Shown here one piece after another: positions 53,141 through 64,000 of a DNA stretch of 64,000 nt (positions are counted from its first letter, which is position 1; every line of letters starts with the position of its first letter). The DNA comes from Octopus vulgaris (Eukaryota). The notes beneath the pieces are model-generated. The model searched no databases. It saw only the letters and a program-made list of their open reading frames with translations, and had not been told where the DNA came from. The stretch spans positions 12,028,001 through 12,092,000 of the forward strand of contig OX597826.1 in assembly GCA_951406725.2 (NCBI GenBank), in the 5' to 3' direction. The translations under genes and the position numbers were made by a program.

Positions 53141-56100
53141 TAATATTTTAAGTATAGGAAAGAATGGAGCTGAGCGAAGATTTAACAAAATTCCTTTATT
53201 TTATTTTCGACATAAACTTAGATAAACTTAGATATGTTTCGACCAAAGATTGGTCCAGGCCATGTCTAACTTAATAGCACCACCTGATAGGATTATTCGA
53301 ATCCTGTTTAAGTCAAGTTTTGTTCAAGTAGTGAGTTCTTGTTGGGTGAGTTGTAAGTTTTGTTCAAGTAGTGAGTTCTTGTTGGGTGAGTTGTATCCAA
53401 TTATGGGTGGCTTATCTGGTATTCTTTGAAGGAATCTATCCAGACTCTGTTTAAAGTTGATGGGATCCTTTTCCTCTTTGATCTCCCTCGGGACAATGTT
53501 AAATAGGGCAGGGCCTGTTGAGGAAAAGAAATTATGTTGCAGTGTACATGTATGTTGTGATTCTTGAATTGGGCAGGGGACGTATGGCCCGTGGTCCAAG
53601 TCTTGGATGAACCTTGAAGCTAATGTTTAGGTCGTTTGGGCAAAGTTGGCGGTATATTTTCCACATCGTACAAATGATGTACCGCTCACGGCGACGCTGG
53701 AGGGAGTAAAGTTTCAAGGCTTTAAGGCGATCCCAATAATCGAGAGCAGCCATGCCTTCAATTCGTTTAGTGAGTGCCCTCTGGGGTGACTCAATTCTGG
53801 AGATGTTTTGTCTTGTGTGGGAGACCACAGTGGGCAGCAGTATTCAAGGTGTGGCCGTACAAAGGAGGAAAAAAGTGGTATGATGACACCTTGTTCTCTG
53901 GACCGGAAAGTTCTTAAGATCCAGGAACTCATCCTACGAGCTATATCGACCTTCTTGTTGATGTGTGCACTCCAACTGAGATCGTCATCAACAATTACAC
54001 CCAGGTCTCTGATATTGTTAGAGGCTGTGAGCGGTTCCCCTGAAGGAAGAGAGTATGGTTGTTTTAGTGAGGAATTTCTTCCAAAATGCATCAGCTCAAA
54101 TTTTCCCTCATTCAGTTGCATTTTGTTTCTGTCTGCCCATTGACTCACAGCATATAGATCAGACTGGAGTTGAGTTCGGTCTGCTTCTTCATTGACGATT
54201 TGCTGGAGCTTAGTGTCATCAGCAAATATTTTCACTTTGCAGTAATGTACGACACTGGAAAGGTCGTTTATGTAAATTATGAAGAGTAGCGGACCCAAAA
54301 CAGTCCCCTGGGGAACACCGCTGGTGACTTTTGCTGGGTTTGAGTGGACTCCATCAACTACAACATGTTGTGTTCTATTCGCCAGGAAATACTTAATCCA
54401 GTGTAGAACTTTTCCACGGATTCCAACATTTGCCAATTTTGAGAGTAGGATATTATGGTCTACCCTGTCGAACGCTTTACTGAAGTCAAGATATATGACG
54501 TCAGAGTTCGAACCTGTTCCCAAGGCTTTGAGTACATCTTCAATGTGGTGTAAGAGCTGTGTTAGACAGTCCTGCCACAGCGAAAGCCATGCTGATTTGC
54601 ATTTAGGAGTTTGTGGGTCTCCAGGAAGTCAGCTATCCTTGATCTTAACACTCTTTCAAACACTTTAATGATGTGGGAGGTGAGTGAGATTGGGCGATAG
54701 TTGACTGCGAGGGATCTGTTTCCCTGTTTGAAAACCGGGATGACCGACTGGGATAGAAACTGTTTCGGTATATAACCTGCGTCTAACGAATTTCTCCAGA
54801 GGTTGGTCAGAGGGACTGCAAGTTGGTGTCTACATTCCTTCAGGAGACTAGCGGGAAATCTATCAGGGCCTACAGCAGAGTAATGTTTGACCTCATTTAT
54901 TGCTGCTACGATGTCAGTGGCAGTGAAGGTTATGTCTGAGATTTTGTGTTGGGAGTCAACTCCGTTCGTTTCTCTTACGTCAATAAAGTGGGAACACTAA
55001 AGACAGAGCAGTATTGTTTCTGCAGTATTTCTGCCATTTCTTTAGCATCGTGTTGGGGAATGCCGTTATCATCAATCAATGGCCCAATGGGTGAGACAGT
55101 GGTTCTATGCTTATTTGCATAAGAATAGAACACTTTTGGGTTCTGTTTGATGTTTTTGATTACCCATTGTTCCTCCACAGCTCTTTGATTTTCAATGGAG
55201 GTTTTCATGTTGGTCTGCAGATGAAGTTTTTCCAGCTCTAGTCTTTTCATTGTTGTTGAATGTGGATGTTGTGTGTGGGAATATTTTAATTGGTTGATTT
55301 TTTTGTTGAGTCTTTTGATGCGCCTGATGAGTGTTTTTTTCTTTTTAGGGAGCCGGTTTCTGTTTGTGTTAGTAGATTTCGTGGGAGTGTGTTTAGAGCA
55401 TGTATAGGTGACAATGTTTTCAAAGTGCTGCCACGCGGTCTCAATATGAGAGGAATTGAGAGTAAAAGACCAGTCGATGGAAGACAGATCCTTTCTGATT
55501 GTTCCCCAGTCCGCTTTGTGGAAGTTTATGTTGTCAAATGGGTGCCATGGAGTGGGATTGGCTGGTTTGGTTTTTATATGTCGGGAATTAAGATTGCAGA
55601 GTACCATGTCGTGGTCTGAGAGGAGAGTTTTTTCGACTGAAATACTGTGAACGTAGCTAGAGTGATTGGTCAATACCAGATCCAAGATCGTTTTATTCTG
55701 TCTCGTTGGTTCGAGCACTAGCTGAGTCAGGAAATACTCATCCATTAGATTAAAGAGCAGTTCTGCTGCTGCTCTATCTGATGTAGAGCACTTGCCTAAC
55801 TTCAGAGTATTTGTGGGCCAGTTCACATGAGGGAGGTTAAAATCATCACCCATCACTAGTATGTTTCCGGAGTGGTACTTCCGAAGGAAGGACTTGACTT
55901 TGCTAAGGCACTCTTCAAAGTACTTTAGAGGTGCCTGGGGAGGCCTGTAAAGACCAACAATGGTTATGTCCTTGGCTTTGTTGTATAGTGATACCGATTC
56001 ACAGTAGCCATTGGAAAATATGTCCTTGGCATCAAGTGAAAAGGAGTCATGGATAAAGATGGCTGTCCCTCCCTTATTTCGGTCTGTGCGATCCGCACGA

Positions 56101-56913
56101 ACAATGGTGAAATCTTTTATTTTCACCTCTGCGTCCATATGGGTGTTGTTCAGGTGAGTCTCGGTAAGGATAAAGAAAGGGAAGCAATGTGCCATTTCGG
56201 CAAGCCAACTCTCTATATATGGGATCTTCCATTTTTGGGCAATAATTGATGGGTTGATGCCACGTACATTTAACAGGAATGTCGAGGTAAGGGAAGTTGG
56301 TAATGGGTGAGTGGTCCTTGTGATTTGCATAGATGGTTGGTGATAGCTCGCTGGATCTCCTGGCTTAGGTCGGCCTTCATATTTTCTAGGTATGTCAGTA
56401 AAAAAGAGTTACTTGTTTGGTTTGCCACTTGGTCAGAGGATACATATTTCATGTTGGCGTTATTTGGTGTTTTTTCATACGTTGTTTGATTGTAGGAGGG
56501 GAAACGTGGTTGTATTTTGTTCTTGTTGTTGTCCTAGATTTCCTCTGTTCTTGTTTATATTTATTCTGTGATCGTTTTGTGCCCTTCAGATGGTGGTGAT
56601 TGCATTCTGGGTTCAGGCACATCCTTTGTGAGACAGAAGTTTGGCACAGTTTAGGATGGAATAAGGTGCATCCATTGCCTTTTATGCATCCGTATTTCGG
56701 ATCAGAACCATGGATTCTGTGTATGTTTCGAAGTCTGCAAAATTCCTAATTCCGAATGAATAAGGAGTCCATATGCAGCTTTCTCTTCATATGGACTCCT
56801 TATTCATTCGGAATTAGGAATTTTGCAGACTTCGAAACATATGTCGAAAATAAAATAAAGGAATTTTGTTAAATCTTCGCTCAGCTCCATTCTTTCCTAT
56901 ACTTAAAATATTA
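53141..56913. repeat. 126-bp perfect inverted repeat with 12-nt loop; left arm split by the LINE
   Basis: 53141-53214 joined to 56724-56775 is the exact reverse complement of 56788-56913. Confidence 0.9.
53215..56721 (-). mobile_element. 5'-truncated, frameshifted LINE (CR1/Jockey-like group): ORF1 Cys/His fragment, APE endonuclease, RT
   Basis: APE motifs NVRG, LTETHL, YRPP, GDDFN, LDLVLTN, SDHD (56330-54975). RT motifs YLDFSKAFDRVDH, SGVPQGTVLGPLLF, FADDTK, VRPHLEYC (54523-53714). 3' tail (TCTAAGTTTA)2; 2-bp TA duplication at the junctions. Confidence 0.93.
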
Positions 56914-57169
56914 AATTAAACTTCAAATTTCCGGACTAAGGCACGGAGTATATGCCCTATGGTCGTAACTTCAACCGTGTTCTTTCTGTTGTGAGTTTGG
57001 TACCCAGTTATCGGTTATCTTTCGAATTATCCGTAATAAGATAATTCATTTATCTACTTAAATATATATACATATATATACATACACATATATATATGTA
57101 TGTATATATATATATAGATAGATATATGTACGTATATATGTATATATATGTATAAGTAAATATATATAT

Positions 57170-57255
<86 letters not shown>

Positions 57256-59089
57256 GGTGTTGCCGTGAACATTACCGTAAGTAATGTACACTCAGTAAAG
57301 GGACTGGTGTTCGGAAGGGAACAGAGCTTTTCACAGTCCTGTGGGTTGTCAGCCCTTGTCAAACTGTCTCGCATGGAAAACAAACGTTATATGATGTTGA
57401 CGCTGGTGGTGCTCTACCTGCTCCTGTTACCGATTATGGTATATTAAATAGACCCGCAATGACCCTAGGCACTACATGTTTTTTCCTTTTCTTTATGACA
57501 GTGAGCTATTTCATCACTGAGTACGCAACATACACATCTCGTCAGCCGCAGTTCCACTTAAGAATATTACTCGCTTTGTCACCACGAACAGTTGACAACG
57601 CTTGTAACTGTGGTATAAATCAATCGTTAACTAACAAACGAACAGAGCCACCATTTTCTATATCAACAAAAAATAACTGTCATATAATATTAGGACAAAA
57701 TATATCTAGAGACTTCTCCTGCGAGAATATTAGCAGGCCTGCTTAAATAACAGCTGGTAAATGTTCAATTGATAAATACGCATACATTTTGTGTAAGAGA
57801 GACATTTCATGTAAGCAAGACATTTACTAATTGAAAGACACATTGACACAAATAATTGTCGGGACTATAATTTCATGTCTGTTTGAGTTATAGAATCTAG
57901 GAACATAGTCACATCAAATATCAAGATTTTAGGTAAATATGAAATTTAATTTTTACTAAATGTTACCTCGCGTGACATGAAGATGCTTTTGTAAGTAATT
58001 ACTCCGTCAGCCGTTTTTGCTCAATATGTAACACCAGTTGTGTCTTGAAGTATATACATACATACATAAATACATATGTGTGTGTGTGTGTGTGTGTGTG
58101 TAACTCATCGGGGGTAAAGGCGTTTGTTGGGATCTAGGTGATAGATGCTTCAGTTGCTTTGCTTTCACGTTCGTTAGTTGGTGTGTGAACCTATCTATTG
58201 ATATATCTTTCCAGTGAACAGATCGCGAACGAATGAATCTATTCAAGATAAATTCTGGGAAATGCTGATTAACAATGGAAGGGAAATGCTGAGTGGTTGT
58301 TTTGAGAGTGAGAGTGAGAAAGAGAGAGAGAGAGAGAGGGGGAGAGAGAGAGAAAGGGAGAGAGAGAAACTTATACTTCATCTTATAATGTGACTATAGT
58401 TGTTATATATGTTAAATGTTCTCCAGAAACATATTGAATTCCGTTTCTGTTTATTGATTAAATTACTAGAGCAGAAAACTATATCCGATAAAAATAGCAC
58501 ATAAATTAAAGCGAAATATGATATTAAACAAAAAACTAGGATAAAATATATGATGTAAAACAGAAAGGGAAAGTAATATATTTTATAAGGATAAGAGACT
58601 TCTGTGCACAGAATGCTTTGTCAAACTATCACTACTGCAAACTTACCACACGATCTGCATGAAAACAAATTGCTAAGAGGACTTGATGTGTTCTGAAGCT
58701 TTTCTATAATTTTTGTTGCTTCCTTCCCCGATCAATCCATCCTGATCCAGGTGATGCATTGATCAAAAACTTTCTAGTCGCGACCATACCGTAATTTTAC
58801 AAGCAGCAATGACACCTAAGCATTTATTATTCAATGTGTTTTTCTCTCCACCTCAGATGATACCGTGTGATTTAAATGCAGATTGGCTGCTATATCCAGC
58901 CGAAAGAGCAACCACAGGAATTCCTCTGTTAGCTTGTACTACAACATGTGATCATTCGCTATAATTTGCATGTGCTCTCAAATTCTTCACTGTCGTATCG
59001 ATTCTATTCTCAGTTCTTGTATAATACACTGATTATGTATTGTTTATATTTTGTACTGCTTTCAACTGAAATTTCTTTCTGCTAACCAG

Positions 59090-59267
59090 GCTACATGCAG
59101 TGTAGGAAATGACTCTTCTTTGTTTATCTGCGAATGTATAGAAGGCTACACTGGTAGATTTTGTGAAACTTCTATAGACAACTGCCAACAAAACAACTGC
59201 CTTAACGGTGCAACCTGCATTGACCTACAAAGCGGTTATGACTGTCAATGTGCTCCTGGTTTTACTG
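59090..59267 (+). CDS. Exon D of DSL-EGF gene (rest of EGF3, EGF4)
   Basis: ctaaccag|GCT...ACTG|gtaagt, phase 0-1. ATCSVGNDSSLFICECIEGYTGRFCETSIDNCQQNNCLNGATCIDLQSGYDCQCAPGFT(G). Confidence 0.93.
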
Positions 59268-59939
59268 GTAAGTAAAACTCTTCCATGAATGGCTTAATTA
59301 ATTAATTAGTTTATTATTAATATTATTACCAGAAGTCAGACTATTGTTATCAGAATGTAATAATAATATATATAGAAGTTAGCTTTACATAAAACGCATT
59401 CATATATTCTCATGTAATCCACAATTGTACATTCTTAAACTGAATCATATAATCTGAAACGCATCTCTTCAAAAGATTCTATGGTAATGATATATATATA
59501 TATATATATTGTTTTACCTTCTAGTAAACTATATAGTTAATATCGGATCTTATACATATGGAACCTAATAAACTCGAAGTTTAGTATACTTTCAAAAGAC
59601 GAGCAAAGATTTACATAACCCAGATATTTCAAATTTGTATGCTTAGTACAGTCTTGAAGATAGTCAAAACAAAAAAAAAAACATATCAAAAGCAAAACAA
59701 TAAGAAATACTAGCTCTGATGCATAGAGTTTAAATATGGATGTCATATCAGTTAAAGATCAATTGCTAAATACATGATTTCTTTGAAATTGCATTCTCTT
59801 CATTCTCTTCAAAGCTTATGTTTTAGAATAAGTTATGGTGACTACAGACGTTATAGCAAACTAATTTAATAAAGTAAAATGCAATAGATTCAAAATTTGT
59901 GTCATAGTTTCGAATTTTGACCTCAGACCAGAAACCTCG

Positions 59940-60120
59940 GAGGAGGAGTCAGTCGATTACATCGACCCCAGTACTCAACAGGTGCATATCTTATCGATCC
60001 TGAAAGTATGAAAGACAAAGTCGACTTTGGCGGAATTTAGAATCAGGATATAAAGACAGATGAAATACTGCTAAGCAATTTGTCCGGCGTTCTAACGGTT
60101 CTGCCAGCTCGCCGACTTCT
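59940..60120 (-). mobile_element. SINE family B, diverged
   Basis: Reverse-complement core and head. Confidence 0.8.
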
Positions 60121-60223
60121 GGTAGAGTAATATGTTGAAGATAATGTATATATAATAACCTTTTTTGATTGTATAAACTTAAATAAAATATATTCTCAGC
60201 TATGTAGTATTAATTAATTCTAG

Positions 60224-62268
60224 GTTCGAGATGTGAAGTCGATGTTAATGAATGTAGCAGCGACCCGTGTTTACATGGTGGCATTTGTTACGACAGAGTG
60301 AATAGCTTTAGATGTGATTGCCCGAAGGAAACCAGTGGAGAAATGTGTGAAGATAATTATCTCTTATCATCAACTAGCGTTACTACTGAACGTGTCAGTA
60401 GTCATCAATATACAGTCAAATCTAATTCCTCTGACGTAATATCTACAGAAAAGCAATCTGTAGATATATTTATCCCAACAAGTACAAATACCAGCATTTT
60501 AAAAATATACACTACAGAAAGCACCCAGTTAAACGTAACGCAAGAATTAAATCAAAGTGGGACAATTGAATATGGATTAACCACCAATTCTTCTGATTTT
60601 TTTCTTGATAAAAGTAACGCCACCTTAACTACAGTATCGTCAGAATCTCATACGGTTAAATATAACTCGAAGGATATCACTTCAGCGACAGAAGACTTGC
60701 TTTTGGCAACTATCAATGCTTCAAATCCACAAACTGTTGAACCGTTTTATGTGCCTGTCACCGTAGTCACAGAGAAACCCATAGTGGTTACTGATTGTTT
60801 GGTTATCAAAACATTCCGATCCAATAAACTAAACCAGATACTCTCACAAAATCAAAAATACACTGTTTGTTGGTGGGTATATGATTCCATCTTGCCACCC
60901 ATGTCTAACCCTGGTACAAGATATACTGAAAACCAGAACGAAGCGTATGTTTGGTTTGAAGACACTATGAACGATTTATTGCCTTTTACTTCAAAATCGA
61001 CTGCAGTAAATATAAACAGAAACGAAATATTGTCATATTTAAAGAATAGTTTACAAATAATTGATAACAGCTCTGAAGATAAACTTCCACACAATTTAGT
61101 TGATACACCATGTATTCAAATTTGGATGAAAGCAAAACGGAGAGGTTACGGGTATTTGAACACAAAACGGGGAGATCCAAATGTTGAATATAAAAGCAAA
61201 TTGAATGTTAAACGAAGATTCCTATCATCTAAGATGCTTTACTGCAAACAAAACTATAACTTGGCTGTTACAACAGATACAAAAGGCTTGCAGAATGAAA
61301 CGAAACAAGCATCAATATTGTCACAGTCAACGTCTATGGAGAACGAAACTACGAACGTATCGACATTACCACAGTCAACATTATTGACGAACAAAACCAG
61401 ATACATAACAACATTACCTCAATCGACGTTATTGACGAATCGCTCCACACGCTTGCCAGCATTATTAGAACCAACTTCATTGAAAACGAAAACCATGCGT
61501 ATATTAACAATATCGCAACCGGCGTTACAGATAAACGAAACAATTATTATGCCAACAATATCAGAAAGAATTTCGCTGAATAACAAGAGCTCACAAGTAT
61601 CGAAACTGCTACAAACAACGTCAGGGATTAACAAAACAATACACATGACAAGACATGCTGTTTCCACCTCACCAAAAGAAACGACCACTGTCGGAGTAAG
61701 ACGGTTTCACTTACTTCTGAGGAAACTTAACAGAACTCATTACCAGGAGCGCTTTTCATCAATCATAAACAGAGATGGCAACAAACCAAAAATGGTGTTG
61801 ACCGTTCTTCGGACAGCCAAGAGAATCTACCAGGTTGGATCTGACTCAGCTCGTAAAGTTTACAGAAAAACAAAACTTCTTCTGCATATGACATTAAAGC
61901 AACTCTCTACAATTTGGATTTCCGTAAAAACTTTTGCAGTTCAACCGATCTCTAAAACTCAGGAAACTATTAGACAGACATGGTTAAAGGTTAATAAAGC
62001 ATTCACTAAAACTCGCCAATTATTACAAGATGCTTATATGTTGGCACGGAATAACTTCAAAAATATTTATCAACGAATGAAGGAAAACACTTCAAATCTG
62101 TCAAGAGACAGCTATCAGAAATATTACAATTATTACAACAGCTATAGCAGAAAAATTAACAAAGTATCGGGATATTTTTCGAATATGTATAAAAATTATA
62201 CAAATAATTTGCAGAAATATTGGGAGAAATTTAATAAATATGGCAACGTTAATAACAAACGCCGTTGA
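60224..62268 (+). CDS. Terminal exon E of DSL-EGF gene: EGF5 + long Ser/Thr-rich, repeat-containing, basic C-terminal region
   Basis: ttctag|GT TCG AGA TGT..., phase 1. [42 protein letters not shown], continuing as the 656-aa ORF to TGA at 62266-62268. Confidence 0.88.
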
Positions 62269-62338
62269 TGACAATGTTTCTCTCTCACCATCACTTCAAC
62301 ATTCTTTCTTGGTTTCTGTCTGTCTTTCTGTGTCTATA

Positions 62339-62422
<84 letters not shown>

Positions 62423-63367
62423 TGTGTGTGTGTATGTATAAAACAAGAAGACAAAAACATAAATGCTCTAAGAATCCTATTCTGAATAAAAAGAGAATGT
62501 GTACACCTTCATGATAATATGCTATCGGTTTCAATTGTCAAAGAAAATCTAGTCATGAAATAAGAAAAAGGAAAAATAATTTGAAGTAAATTAAATTAAT
62601 CTGTGATGAATGCAATTTTCAAAGTCCATTTGTTTATCATAGAAAAAGCACATGGCTATAGTTGTTTGTTTCCCACCGGTGGTTGCTTCCTCAACATATT
62701 AATAGTAACAGTTTAGCAGTCACATATTATTACTCTTTGTAGCAGAACTGGTCACTGTTCCTTATTGACAATGCTGATATTAAAGAGCGGTTCGTAATGC
62801 TATGGTGGTAATTTCAGAAGTAGCAGCAACAACGGAACAGGTGGTGGTAGTTGTGGCAGTAAGTGCTTCAATAATATAAATATTTTTAACAGCATACACA
62901 CGCACACACACACACACACATACACACACACGCGCACACACATACACACACACACACACACGTATATGGAGATAAGAAGTTTATTCTAAATCAGGAACGT
63001 ATACAGGGGAAATTGTTTTGGGGTTTGAAAATGCTCCTGTATCTCAAAACCTATAGTATTGTCCAAATTTTATAATAGATTTATATGAATTTTCAGCGAG
63101 CATATGACCATATATTACTGTCTATCTCCGTGAAACTCATAGGAATTTCTATGAATATTTGATCGTTGAAACATTTTTTCCGAATTTTCCCTTGAAACGT
63201 TAAACTCTCCTAAACCCTTTTCTCATTTAATTTTTTTTTTATATTTACCATTGATAAACAAAAGAATTGTCGAAACCGGTTTGATATTTGAATAAATTCT
63301 ATTACAAAATTAAAAAACGACTACACGTTTTGATATTCAGGTGCATTTTCAAACGCCAGAAGGAAAT

Positions 63368-63402
<35 letters not shown>

Positions 63403-63517
63403 CAATAATAAAAGGGTAAAATTAATTAATTAATAATTAATTTTACAAGGTAGTGTTCAGTATGTAAAAATACCATTTACGGTATATTTAAAACATTACG
63501 TTATATAATTATATAAC

Positions 63518-63569
<52 letters not shown>

Positions 63570-64000
63570 GATAATCATTATTAGGTAATACATCGACTCA
63601 TCAGAGAGAAAGAGGGGGAATTTCCGTGTAGTCAATCGAATGCTATTTATAAATATGTGAAAAAGATGTTGTTTAAAAGTTACTGGCGTAGATATGCGTC
63701 GGTACAATCTTGTGCCAAAAATTTTGAAGAAAGATATACGTCTGTGGTAAAATTCTCAGCGGTAATCCATTATGGCTGTGCGTAATATAAATCCCATAAT
63801 TCAGTTCTCTTCAATGTCTAATTCATAAATGCAGAAAATAAAGGAATTTAAATTTTAGCCTTTTATATTTGTATATATAAAACTGGAAGATGTCGTTATA
63901 TTTTATACAAACGTAAAAATAGCCGTTTACTACCCCAATATAGAGCAAATTAATACATCCACTCTATGCAGGTCTCTGAGGATTTTTGGGAGGATATTAA

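Noticed and set aside
53141-56913. Novel LINE with terminal inverted repeats
   Set aside because: Better explained by LINE insertion into a pre-existing palindrome, which is restored exactly on removal.
63575-63610. Minus-strand CTGATGA near a probable element tail
   Set aside because: Runs into (TA)n with no GAAA or stem III half.

Overview
Eukaryotic, AT-rich, microsatellite-laden DNA. The SINE families point to an Octopus genome (inference). The + strand carries the 3' part of a Notch-ligand-like gene in five phase-compatible exons: 3635-3774, 42415-42537, 51402-51571, 59090-59267 and 60224-62268. They encode a DSL domain, five EGF repeats and a ~640-aa tail with 16-aa glycosylation-sequon repeats, 11-mer amphipathic helices and no transmembrane segment. 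Its 38.6-kb intron hosts an antisense, spliced ~162-aa orphan gene with a CRE palindrome at its 5' end (about 17350-19340), plus a decayed paralog at about 31360-33905. Several short (TA)n-embedded, often fold-back inserts resemble Penelope-like element ends and carry minimal type I hammerhead ribozymes. One is canonical (50749-50821, -) and one is a compensatory U3-A8 variant (28656-28698, +). A 3.5-kb CR1-group LINE has inserted into one arm of a perfect 126-bp palindrome. There are also Tc1/mariner, Gypsy, RTE, Penelope and Helitron relics. All calls were read by eye; no searches were run.
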